A DNA stretch of 64,000 bases, taken from the IMG/VR virus record IMGVR_UViG_3300024518_006178, positions 12,837 through 76,836 of that record; one strand, written 5' to 3'. The position numbers were made by a program, and so were the translations under genes. The notes beneath the pieces are model-generated. The model was not told the origin of the DNA. It did no database searches and was given only the letters and a program-made list of their open reading frames with translations. Source of the DNA: a virus. This document shows, in pieces, positions 1-8,349 of the stretch (positions are counted from its first letter, which is position 1; each line of letters begins with the position of its first letter).

Positions 1-586
1 CTTCCTGACCCAGGCCGAGCTTACCGGTACGCCGCCCACGACGGGCGACTTCACCGGTGTGTTCCCGGGGTACTATCTGTCATCGGTGTACGGAGGCCTC
101 GTCGCAGGGCAGCCTCCGCAGCAGCCGTTCACCAACGTCAACGTTGTCGGCCCCACCGGGCTGCGCAACTCGAACAGGTACTTCACTGAAACCCAGATGG
201 ACATTATCGCGTCCGGCGGGACGTTCATTGTGATCCAGGAGGCGGAGGATACTCCGGTATTCTGCCGCCACCAGCTTTCGACCGATGTTACCATCATCGA
301 AAAGCGGGAGCTGTCCATCACGAAGGACGTGGACTTCATCGCGAAGTTCTTCCGTAATCAGCTGAGGCCCTACGTTGGCAACCAGAACATCACGACCGTG
401 TATCTTGAGCAGCTCAAGATCGTGGTGAATTCCCTGATCGAGAGGTTGGTCGCGGACGGCCAGCTTATTAGCGGCAGCCTGATCACGCTCAGACAGTCCG
501 ATGAAGAGTCGGACACCGTGCTGGTTGAGGTTGATATTCTCGTGCCGTTCCCGGCAAACTACATCCGCGTCACCCTGTTCATCTGA
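1..586 (+). CDS. Tail sheath protein, C-terminal part (5' truncated by window)
   Basis: Sheath-like C-terminus (RHQLSTD...RELSITKDVDFIAK...VPFPANYIRVTL); frame appears open to the window edge; directly upstream of a tube-like gene. Confidence 0.8.
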   Translation, partial: FLTQAELTGTPPTTGDFTGVFPGYYLSSVYGGLVAGQPPQQPFTNVNVVGPTGLRNSNRYFTETQMDIIASGGTFIVIQEAEDTPVFCRHQLSTDVTIIEKRELSITKDVDFIAKFFRNQLRPYVGNQNITTVYLEQLKIVVNSLIERLVADGQLISGSLITLRQSDEESDTVLVEVDILVPFPANYIRVTLFI

Positions 587-613
587 GCAGGTGGAGCATA
601 GAAGGAGAAAATA

Positions 614-1414
614 ATGGCACCACTTGCAGAAGGTGGATCAGGGCGGAATCAAAGAGACACCAGTGTCGCGAATTGGCAGTGGTATGATCGTCACGTTACA
701 TCAGAGCTCAAGTCGGGCGAATTTATCTCGGCAGCAACCGTGCTGGTTGCCGCCGGGCCCCCGATGCTACAGGACGCCGGAGTAGCCGCCCAGACGACCG
801 AAAACGGCCCTCAGGCCCTGGCGGAAATTGCCTACCCTTTGGGTCTCATCGAGAACTTTGGTGTGTCCCAGAATAGGCAGCTCCAGCGCATGTTTGAGAT
901 CGGGTCCAAGAGGTCGTACTTCATCCCGGGGCGGACCATCGGGTCGCTGTCGCTCGGGCGAGTGCTCTTCTACGGGCCGTCGATCATGCGCGTGCTGTAC
1001 TCGTACTACCCGACCAACAAGAAGTACTACGGGCCGAAGGGCGGCAAACAAGGCGTCGCCAATCAGCTCGGCACGGGGCAGATGGAAGGCGTGGGCGAGA
1101 ACCTGGCCAAAAAGAACTTCATCACCACCGTCAACGATCTCCCCGGCTATGGTCGGCAGAATTCAGCGAACATCGGCAGCGAAAACGCTGACTTCTGGAT
1201 CAACTTGGCGTCGGACCTGTTCGACAAGCCCTTCGGGCTGTTGTGTCTGTTGCGCGACCATCGGGACACGCCCTACGGCGCGTTCTACCTGGAAGACTGC
1301 AATCTCCAGGCGCACCAGTTCAACATCAACGCCTCTTCGGTAATGGTTGCTGAAGGCGTGTCAGCGCAGTATGACAAGATGGTGCCCCTGGCCGTATCGT
1401 CAGGCCGCACCTAG
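614..1414 (+). CDS. Tail tube protein (contractile tail)
   Basis: AAGGAG RBS; follows sheath; tube-like beta-rich motifs (QRMFEIGSKRSYFIPGRT, YLEDCNLQAHQFNINA). Confidence 0.65.
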   Translation: MAPLAEGGSGRNQRDTSVANWQWYDRHVTSELKSGEFISAATVLVAAGPPMLQDAGVAAQTTENGPQALAEIAYPLGLIENFGVSQNRQLQRMFEIGSKRSYFIPGRTIGSLSLGRVLFYGPSIMRVLYSYYPTNKKYYGPKGGKQGVANQLGTGQMEGVGENLAKKNFITTVNDLPGYGRQNSANIGSENADFWINLASDLFDKPFGLLCLLRDHRDTPYGAFYLEDCNLQAHQFNINASSVMVAEGVSAQYDKMVPLAVSSGRT

Positions 1415-1453
1415 GATAGTGCGCTGGTCGGCCTTTAGGCTGGCCTCTTCGCC

Positions 1454-1493
1454 GGGGCAGGGACCTTTTGCCGGGGGCCCTGCCCCACTTTTT
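1454..1493 (+). terminator. Intrinsic terminator after tube gene
   Basis: GGGGCAGGG/CCCTGCCCC stem followed by T5; a second hairpin at ~1501-1522 can terminate the convergent minus-strand genes. Confidence 0.7.
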
Positions 1494-1548
1494 ATGGGCT
1501 AAAAAGAGGGGTGACCCTCTTTATTCCAGAGCCCTGTGGGCTGCTGGA

Positions 1549-1821
1549 TTACCACCCATCAGATTTGCATGCGTGCTCCAGGCACCTCTGATGGTGGGCG
1601 ATCATGCCCGCCCTGTGGCCCTGCGTGGGCCGGTTGTCGTGGGTGTATACCCACCGCTGCTGATAGGGCTCATGCAGCTCCTGCCAATAGGCGAGTTGGC
1701 CGCGATGATACTCGCGGAGCTCCCGCAGCTCTTCTGGCGTGTTCGGTCGGTTCCGAAACGCCTGCGCCATGATGGACGGCTGCGCCGCCCCATAGCTCAA
1801 CGTCGGTAGCATCCTGCTCAT
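1549..1821 (-). CDS. Hypothetical protein, paralog of 1849-2109
   Basis: AGGAG RBS; shares MLPTLSYG..QPSI..QA..RP.TP and MI.HH with its neighbour. Confidence 0.7.
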   Translation of the reverse strand: MSRMLPTLSYGAAQPSIMAQAFRNRPNTPEELRELREYHRGQLAYWQELHEPYQQRWVYTHDNRPTQGHRAGMIAHHQRCLEHACKSDGW

Positions 1822-1848
1822 ATCGATCTCCTTTTCTAGGGTTTTGGT

Positions 1849-2109
1849 TTATTTGGTCCAGAGGTCGATTGCCCAGTGATGGTGCTCGATCATGCGCCGC
1901 CGAAGATCCGGGTCATTCTTTTGTGTGAGCTTGTTCCAGAACGGCCCGTGAACGTTTTCCCAGAACTTAATCTGGGCCTGGTGTTCTCCGACCTTGTCCG
2001 ACCTCTCTCGCGGCGTGGGCGGGCGGTCGTAGGCCATTCCGGCCTGCATCAGGATACTGGGCTGGTCAACGCCGTAGGACAAAGTCGGGATCATTCCTCG
2101 GTTCGACAT
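1849..2109 (-). CDS. Hypothetical protein, paralog of 1549-1821
   Basis: GGAG RBS; tandem paralog. Confidence 0.7.
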   Translation of the reverse strand: MSNRGMIPTLSYGVDQPSILMQAGMAYDRPPTPRERSDKVGEHQAQIKFWENVHGPFWNKLTQKNDPDLRRRMIEHHHWAIDLWTK

Positions 2110-2205
2110 AGCGATCTCCAGGGGAAGGGGTTTAAGTTTTCTCTACTATTCTTATGCCTGAAAATAGGGTGGGAATTTACGGGGTAAAAAGAGGGGCGGC
2201 CCTCT

Positions 2206-2487
2206 TTATTTTTCCACCAGTATATGCGACTCAGGAATGTCTCCCACGGCGACCTCGAAGGGATGGTCGAGCTTATCGTTTAGATCGCCCAGCCTTTTCC
2301 CAAACCAGCAGTCCCCGATGACTCGCTCGACGGGCACCCACTTGAAGTTGTTGATCGGCCCACCGCTGTAGGTGGCAGTGGCCTGATATTCGTCACCACC
2401 ACCACAGGCGGGCATGAAAACCAAGGGTCTACACCACTGGCCTTTTTGAATAGTGTCGTCTTCTTCGAGCAGCTTGATGCTGATCAT
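2206..2487 (-). CDS. Hypothetical protein
   Basis: AAGGAG RBS; co-directional packing. Confidence 0.6.
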   Translation of the reverse strand: MISIKLLEEDDTIQKGQWCRPLVFMPACGGGDEYQATATYSGGPINNFKWVPVERVIGDCWFGKRLGDLNDKLDHPFEVAVGDIPESHILVEK

Positions 2488-2496
2488 GGCGGCTCC

Positions 2497-2787
2497 TTAG
2501 CAGTCGAAGTAGATGGTCAGTTTCACCTGCTTGTCGGGCCGGTCGCCACTTGGCAGCTTGACCTTTGCGCCGCCCGACATGCCAGGGTCATCCCAGAAGC
2601 CATTGGATGGGCTCTTCGCGCGCATCTCGTCAACATCGAAGTGGACCTCTTGGCTGAAATCCTTCTTCTTGATGGCATCCAGGACTCCCTTGTCGACGGG
2701 GTTGTTTTCTCCGTCCAGCTTGTCGCTGTCGATATAGCATTGTGTGGGTTCGTAGTCATGAAAGTGTTCGTCAATTTGAATGATCAT
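2497..2787 (-). CDS. Hypothetical protein
   Basis: Co-directional ORF overlapping the upstream stop. Confidence 0.6.
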   Translation of the reverse strand: MIIQIDEHFHDYEPTQCYIDSDKLDGENNPVDKGVLDAIKKKDFSQEVHFDVDEMRAKSPSNGFWDDPGMSGGAKVKLPSGDRPDKQVKLTIYFDC

Positions 2788-3004
2788 CGTCTTGCTTCTC
2801 CTTTGTCTTCCTCGAATGGTTCCAGCCTTTCACCACGGCCTTGCATAGCCCCATGACCGTGGCCTCGTCCGCGTCGAAGGGGACGAGTTCATAGGGGCCC
2901 TTGGCCCCACATTCGTCGCACGCAACGAAGACGACCCTGCCGCCCTGGAAAGCAGCCTCTTCAGACTCACAGAACGGGCAGGGTGCTAAGTCTTCGTCAT
3001 ACAT
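2771..3004 (-). CDS. Lar-family (restriction alleviation-like) zinc-ribbon protein
   Basis: Start reassigned to ATG 3004 (AAGGAG RBS); LAPCPFCES...VACDECGAKGP...WN pattern typical of Lar-like phage proteins. Confidence 0.65.
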   Translation of the reverse strand: MYDEDLAPCPFCESEEAAFQGGRVVFVACDECGAKGPYELVPFDADEATVMGLCKAVVKGWNHSRKTKEKQDDDHSN

Positions 3005-3573
3005 CACAGCTCCTTGACCGGTATCCCCAGTCGTTTGGCCGCAGCCTTGAGGGGCACAGCCCAGCCCGAGGGCTTGAGGTCCATAATCGAGCCATTCCAC
3101 GAGAAGGTCATGTAGTAGACCCTGCGCCCCACGGAATTCTTTTCCCAGTGGTGGTTGGCGATATGGATCTTCTCAGGGCGGTCCTGGTGCAGCCTGTCCA
3201 TGTAAAGTTCCACGTCACATGAGGTGATCAGAAAAGAGCCCTTCTCGGAAGAGGTCTCACCCATGAAGTTCTCGCCCCTGAACCATACAGGAATATTGGA
3301 TCGCGCCGTGCCCCAAGTCCACTCGGGCCACGTGCGGATGCTTCTCTTTACCTTGTAGCTGGCAAGGCAAACCAGCCAATCTTTCTCGAAGATCGGTGTC
3401 GGGAATCGGACAACTGCTGAGGAGCAGTCTTTTTCTTTATGTGTGGCGATTGCCGGGGTGCAATTGCCATATAGTCTGTGCCGCACCCTGCCGGAGGCCA
3501 GCATCACCGTCGCCGAGGTGGCGCTACTGAAGTGTCGGCAGGTTCCGTAATTGGGCTTGGGCCCGCTGCTCAT
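3004..3573 (-). CDS. Hypothetical protein
   Basis: Start reassigned to MSSGPK (AGGAG RBS); stop overlaps the next start. Confidence 0.6.
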   Translation of the reverse strand: MSSGPKPNYGTCRHFSSATSATVMLASGRVRHRLYGNCTPAIATHKEKDCSSAVVRFPTPIFEKDWLVCLASYKVKRSIRTWPEWTWGTARSNIPVWFRGENFMGETSSEKGSFLITSCDVELYMDRLHQDRPEKIHIANHHWEKNSVGRRVYYMTFSWNGSIMDLKPSGWAVPLKAAAKRLGIPVKEL

Positions 3574-3724
3574 GTCAAAATCTCCTGTCTCTAAGTGCCT
3601 GAGGCCTCGCTCCGGCGGGGCCATGCGTTAGGGTCTCTATTGTTCCGACAAGCGCCTGGTATTAATCGACTTGGGGGGAATAATATGTTGGACTATGACT
3701 GGACGTTATGCCATATCTGGCAAA

Positions 3725-3767
3725 CAAAATAAGGGGGAGGCGCAGTTCGGCCCGCCGCCCCCCCCTT
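3725..3767 (-). terminator. Intrinsic terminator closing the 3.78-4.30 kb non-coding element
   Basis: GC-rich stem (AAGGGGGGGGCG...CGCCUCCCCCUU) followed by AUUUUGUUU on the minus strand. Confidence 0.6.
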
Positions 3768-3777
3768 CCTATTAGGT

Positions 3778-4305
3778 TTATCGGTGTATGGTCCGTCTGG
3801 GCTCCTCCAGGTGGCTGCTAACCGCCTGCCGTCGACGCCGCGTTACGGGAGAGAAGTTCGTCAAAGCTCGGAGGCCAAAACACCTGATCACTCTGGGCGT
3901 TATCACGGCCATATCATGCCGTTTCTCCTTGCGGGATTGTTTTACCTCTTCTGAGTATCCTTTAGCATCATAACCACCGTCTGGGCCCGCATCCACGCTC
4001 CCTAAGGTGCCAGGGAAAAGGGGTAGCGGGTCGTCAAAGCTCGGGGTTGCACCTTCAAGCCTCATTCTTCAAGCCTCAATCAGTCTTCGAGAATCGTCTT
4101 CTGTCGTATCGTCTGTGGTAGTTTACGCCTGTCTCATTTTACGCACCTCCCGTCTTGGGCTACTACGACTGTCTTCCGTCTTGGTTAGCCGTCTGCTCCC
4201 CACGTCGGGTCAGGAGAGTGCTAGCTCGGCGCGACGATTGTCGACTTTTCGCCCGTTAACCGACTACCTGATCAAGACTACCGTCCGTGACTGTCTTGTC
4301 TCCGT
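3778..4305 (-). ncRNA. Candidate structured ncRNA with three degenerate repeat units
   Basis: Units of UGA(UC)AGGU...CCGAGCU-(variable stem)-CAGACGG at 173/185-nt period; dense AGAC motifs; no convincing CDS; terminator downstream. Confidence 0.5.
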
Positions 4306-4593
4306 TTAGTAGACCTTGATCCCGAATTTCTCGCAGATCTCCGGGGGGAGATCCTCGACAGGGTACCAGTTGCACTCGCACCCGTAAACGACTTTACCGG
4401 CGTCCAGGTGGATGCACGGGCATACTTCCGGCCCGTTTATCGCGCTGTTGTGGAACTCCTCGCCCTGGTAGTTCCCGAGCCCTATGAGGACGGACCTATC
4501 CTCGTTGAATGCCGCCACGCGGCAGTTTGTCATCTTGACGGTCTTGGGCTTGGGCAGAGCCTGGTGATCCATGTACTCTTTCACATTGGACAT
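4306..4593 (-). CDS. Hypothetical protein
   Basis: Start reassigned to MSNVKEY (GAGGAG RBS, GGTATAAT just upstream); LDAGKVVYGCECNW motif. Confidence 0.6.
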   Translation of the reverse strand: MSNVKEYMDHQALPKPKTVKMTNCRVAAFNEDRSVLIGLGNYQGEEFHNSAINGPEVCPCIHLDAGKVVYGCECNWYPVEDLPPEICEKFGIKVY

Positions 4594-4621
4594 ATGGGTC
4601 TCCTCTGGTGTCCTAAAGCGA

Positions 4622-5188
4622 TTATACCCCCTTTTCCTTGGGTATTTCCTGTAGCCCCATGCCGTGGGGATCGTACTCCGGCTCCTCTTCTTTGTCGTCG
4701 TCGTCGTCATCTTCGTCGTCTCTATCTTCGTCGTCAGCCTCGTCAACCCGCCCTTTTATTCCTTTTGCGTCGGCCCTCATCTCCTCAACTTTATCGAACT
4801 CCATGTCCTCGGGGTACGTCTTCTTGAGCTCCCGGATGAACTGTCGCTTGAGGGCCTCGGCGGTCCATGCGTCGATGTTTTCCAGGACGGCGGTGAAGAC
4901 CGGTATGCTGATGGCGTCGTCACCGGAGTCGGCCTCCGGAGGGTACCTCTCAAGGGCGTACTTGGTGTTGAGCCCCGAGCTTTGCCATGCCATCCGCAGC
5001 CTGTCCATGAATGCCGGATCGCCGTCGACCGGGAAATGTATGACCAGGTTGTGGAAGATCTCGTGCTCATCGGTACCGACCTCACCCCTGTTCATGGGCC
5101 TGCACAGCCACGCTATCTGGAGCGGCTTGCCGCCAAGAATGATCTCTTCGTCGTTGATCGGAACCCTTCTCATTTCTCCCATTTTCAT
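4622..5188 (-). CDS. Hypothetical protein with acidic C-terminal tail
   Basis: AAGGAG RBS; D/E-rich tail. Confidence 0.65.
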   Translation of the reverse strand: MKMGEMRRVPINDEEIILGGKPLQIAWLCRPMNRGEVGTDEHEIFHNLVIHFPVDGDPAFMDRLRMAWQSSGLNTKYALERYPPEADSGDDAISIPVFTAVLENIDAWTAEALKRQFIRELKKTYPEDMEFDKVEEMRADAKGIKGRVDEADDEDRDDEDDDDDDKEEEPEYDPHGMGLQEIPKEKGV

Positions 5189-5308
5189 CTCCTTAGTAGT
5201 CGTAGTTTTTCAACTGAATCAGAGGATAGCTTGGATGGGTGAGCTGCGTATTGCAGAAAGTCGTAGTAGTGCACGGCAACGGGTCTCCTTCTTGACCCGT
5301 CTTATACC

Positions 5309-5662
5309 TCAATAATGCTTCCATTCACCCTTCTGTAAAGCCATGTCAATATGCTCAGGATCCTGAGGGCTTCCGGCCTTTGCGATCTTTTGGGTCATCT
5401 CAACCATGTTGGGCCACGAGGCCTCGTCACATTCCATCTGCACTAGAACGTCCTTCATGTCATCCTCGTAATGACGGATGAGCGCGAACTCGATCTTGCC
5501 GTTATTTCTCTTCACGCTTATCAACACAAACCGCCAGTCCGGCCCGTACTTGAGATCGTCGAACTCGGTCCAGTCGGACCAGTAGATCTCATGCATTACA
5601 TCGTCGTCGTCAATCGTGATTGCCGGGTGGCCAGCGGGGAGGGTATATATCTCGTCACTCAT
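5309..5662 (-). CDS. Hypothetical protein
   Basis: Overlaps the stop of the LexA-like gene. Confidence 0.6.
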   Translation of the reverse strand: MSDEIYTLPAGHPAITIDDDDVMHEIYWSDWTEFDDLKYGPDWRFVLISVKRNNGKIEFALIRHYEDDMKDVLVQMECDEASWPNMVEMTQKIAKAGSPQDPEHIDMALQKGEWKHY

Positions 5663-6005
5663 TCTGTAGTTCTTTCGCCAGGTCGATTATGAAGCCCCGA
5701 AACTCTTTGTTCTTCGTGGCCATGCGACGTATGCGAGCTTCGGCAGACGTGTCGGGCCTGAACTTTGGGTCGCGTATCGTGATGGATCTTGCCTCTTGGT
5801 GCTTGCTCGCTACTGCGCCCTTTTTGGTGAGCGCGCAGATGTGCCCGTGGGCGGTGGCGGTTGTCACGTCCAGAAACTTGGCAATTTCGCCGAGGGTGGG
5901 AGAGCGATCATACAGCTCTATGTATTCACGTATGAAAGCCATTACGGCTTCCTGCTTGTCGGTGTAGTTGAGGTCGATGACGTTCTTCATCTTAACTTTC
6001 ATCAT
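5655..6005 (-). CDS. LexA-type winged-helix DNA-binding protein (no peptidase domain)
   Basis: YTDKQEAVMAFIREYI...SPTLGEIAKFL...TAHGHICALTKKG...ARSI matches the LexA N-terminal domain. Confidence 0.8.
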   Translation of the reverse strand: MMKVKMKNVIDLNYTDKQEAVMAFIREYIELYDRSPTLGEIAKFLDVTTATAHGHICALTKKGAVASKHQEARSITIRDPKFRPDTSAEARIRRMATKNKEFRGFIIDLAKELQNE

Positions 6006-6372
6006 CGATCCTTATCTTGCAGTGCTGGGTCAGGTACTGGTTAACGACAGCTCCGGCTAGATCCTTCATGGCGGCCTCCCGCCTCACGCCCTCCAGCTTC
6101 AGCTCCTGATGGGCGTCGGGGCTGACAAACACAGTGATCTCCACCGAGTCCGTGGACTTCCCGTTGATGCCGTTCAGCTTATATTTGCTTGGGCTCCCTC
6201 TGAAGTCGTCCAAGACGAGCTGCACCGTTTCCTGCACTGGCTTTTGCAGCTTCACGGCTAGCAGCTTCAGACGCTTCCTGATCGCCTTAGGGGCCCGGAC
6301 CACCAGTGGCCTGAGCCCCTTGTTTTTGTAGAACCGACTGCCTCTTGCCTGGGGTGCGCTTGACTTCGCCAT
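5992..6372 (-). CDS. Putative tandem ribbon-helix-helix DNA-binding protein
   Basis: Two RHH-like units (PLVVRAPKAIRKRLKLLA...; EITVFVSPDAHQELKLEG...). Confidence 0.5.
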   Translation of the reverse strand: MAKSSAPQARGSRFYKNKGLRPLVVRAPKAIRKRLKLLAVKLQKPVQETVQLVLDDFRGSPSKYKLNGINGKSTDSVEITVFVSPDAHQELKLEGVRREAAMKDLAGAVVNQYLTQHCKIRIDDES

Positions 6373-6392
6373 GGGGCCCTCCGTTTGGAGGC

Positions 6393-6422
6393 ATTATAGG
6401 GTTACAAGTTTACCCGCGTCAA
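6393..6422 (-). promoter_or_regulatory. Sigma70-like promoter
   Basis: TTGACG-N18-TATAAT upstream of the RHH/LexA-like genes. Confidence 0.6.
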
Positions 6423-6446
6423 GTGAAAGTGTTGGCAAAGGGTAAA

Positions 6447-6641
6447 TTAGGGGTTCTTGGAGCCTTTAGCCGGGGCCTGACCCCAAGCCTTGCCGCAATT
6501 GGGGCACTGGTGGGCCCCGCTGGCGAGTTTAGTCATCTCGCCATCCGTGGGGCGCAGGCCCTCGCTGCACTTGCAGGAGACGCCGAGCTTGGTCATCTCG
6601 CCGTCATTCTGGTTCTGGGGCGTCTTCTCGCTGCTCATCAC
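6447..6641 (-). CDS. Small zinc-ribbon protein with internal repeat
   Basis: CKC...CPNCG; DGEMTKL occurs twice at 60-nt spacing. Confidence 0.45.
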   Translation of the reverse strand: MMSSEKTPQNQNDGEMTKLGVSCKCSEGLRPTDGEMTKLASGAHQCPNCGKAWGQAPAKGSKNP

Positions 6642-7122
6642 TTTCTCCTTCTTCTGGGGTCTCGACTAGGCTGCTGAGACCCTCTTGGGTGGTCTTGGCG
6701 TGCTCGATAAGTTCCCTGGCGGTCGACTCTGAAATGTCGCATTCCTCTAGCATCATCTTAACACGATCTTCTTCAGTAGTATCGAAATCATTGGCTATCT
6801 CGTTGGCTCTGTGCGTGAGTTTTTGCATGGCCAGCATCTTGCCATTGAACTCATCTATCGTGATTACGCCCTTATCTTCTAGGATTCTGCGGATAACTTC
6901 GATCATGGACATGGCAGTGTGGTTGTTCATCGCAAGCTCGTTCATGTGCGAGATGAACTGATTGGTGACCCCCATGATCTCCTGGGTGACCATTTGGCGG
7001 ACCATGGCTCCCATCATCTGCGGGTCCATGCCGCCAGACATGGGGCTACGGGGTGGCGCGCCAGGGACAGTGTTAAAGGGTCCTCCATTTGAGGGGGCGT
7101 GCCTTCTGCGTCGTTTACTCAT
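6604..7122 (-). CDS. Hypothetical protein
   Basis: Start reassigned to MSKRRRR (GAGGAG RBS). Confidence 0.6.
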   Translation of the reverse strand: MSKRRRRHAPSNGGPFNTVPGAPPRSPMSGGMDPQMMGAMVRQMVTQEIMGVTNQFISHMNELAMNNHTAMSMIEVIRRILEDKGVITIDEFNGKMLAMQKLTHRANEIANDFDTTEEDRVKMMLEECDISESTARELIEHAKTTQEGLSSLVETPEEGESDEQREDAPEPE

Positions 7123-7633
7123 AGTAGTCTCTCTCCTCTCCCCAATCGGTGTCGTTTTCATTGACCACGTTGGCCAGATGTTCGTACTTCTGAAACTCTC
7201 TTTTCTTCTTGGCTCGCTTCTGCTGTAGGGCTTTGGCTCGCCTCCTGAGACAGTCGATACGCAGTTCTCCGGTGTCCATCCTTGCCGGGATCAGGCGCAG
7301 CCTTGCCGCGTCCCAGGACACCTTCTCGTTACTGGCTAAAATAAAAACCTCCGAATAATGAGCCTGACAGAGGTCTGTGACTTCGCACTTGGTTGAGCAG
7401 CCGTTGACCGCGCATTTTTGTCCGGGCTCGCGAGAAGCTCTGCGAGGTTCGACAAGGCTGTCCTTGCTGTGCCTCATCCTGTTGTAGTGCAAAGAGCACA
7501 TCCCCCTGGCGTAGAGCCTGGAGGAGCAACCGGACACGCGGCACTTAGGCCGCGCCCCCCTTCGGGGTTTCAGATGGTCCCATGCAACCACAGTGGTTTC
7601 CGGGAACGAAATCCTGAAGGGGGGCATTGACAT
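7115..7633 (-). CDS. Cys/His-rich putative zinc-finger protein
   Basis: Two C-x4-C...C-x2-HY repeats (CRVSGC..MCSLHY; CAVNGC..LCQAHY). Confidence 0.55.
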   Translation of the reverse strand: MSMPPFRISFPETTVVAWDHLKPRRGARPKCRVSGCSSRLYARGMCSLHYNRMRHSKDSLVEPRRASREPGQKCAVNGCSTKCEVTDLCQAHYSEVFILASNEKVSWDAARLRLIPARMDTGELRIDCLRRRAKALQQKRAKKKREFQKYEHLANVVNENDTDWGEERDYYE

Positions 7634-7635
7634 GT

Positions 7636-8349
7636 CTATTCCTCCTCGTCTTCTTCGAAGAGGTCGAGCTGTTCCAGTGCCAGGGGATAGTGGATCGCCA
7701 TCTGGCCCGAGCGATTCAGCCAGTCCTGCTCGCGCTCAGCGCCGTGCTTCTTGGATCTGGAGTACACGTCGCGAACCCACATCGTGGACTCGCGATTCTC
7801 GGGCACGTCCAGGATCTGCAAGTTCTTGACCCTGACGATGGCGGGCCGGAGCGGCTCACGCCCGAGCACGAAGGCGATGGCCTTGTCCGGGATACGGAAG
7901 CAGGGCACGCCGCCGGACTCCTCCATCATGTCGTCGTTGTCGGCGCTGTAGCTGAACTGTGGCAGAGACTCACCGGCATCGGTGCACCTTTCCAACAATC
8001 CCAGATACATCATCTTGCTGTAATGATTCTGTATGTCACCAATCACGGTATGGTCCCTGTGCTCAAGCGGGACCTTCTTGGAGCTGGACTTGATATGGAC
8101 ATGGTTGCTTTTCGTTGTCTGCATCATGTCCATGATTTCGAACAGGAACTGGATCTGAGTGTAAGTCGCCTTATACTCGTACCACTCCTTCAAATGACTA
8201 TTGCAGGCCGGGCATCGCACCTTGATCGTGCCTGCCGCCTGCCTCACCTTGAACTCTTCGAGGCAGCTGCTGGCCAGGTGGCTCAGCTCCTCGTCCGTGA
8301 GCACGCTCACGTCAATCGTTGCCGTTGCCGGTACGCTGGTCGGGGTCAT
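7636..8349 (-). CDS. Hypothetical protein with CPAC motif
   Basis: Long ORF coupled to the recU-like gene. Confidence 0.6.
   Translation of the reverse strand: MTPTSVPATATIDVSVLTDEELSHLASSCLEEFKVRQAAGTIKVRCPACNSHLKEWYEYKATYTQIQFLFEIMDMMQTTKSNHVHIKSSSKKVPLEHRDHTVIGDIQNHYSKMMYLGLLERCTDAGESLPQFSYSADNDDMMEESGGVPCFRIPDKAIAFVLGREPLRPAIVRVKNLQILDVPENRESTMWVRDVYSRSKKHGAEREQDWLNRSGQMAIHYPLALEQLDLFEEDEEE

Noticed and set aside
3858-4044. Hammerhead ribozyme (UUGACGA resembles CUGANGA)
   Set aside because: The conserved C is missing and no GAAA follows the stem, which is followed by CCCAGACGG instead.
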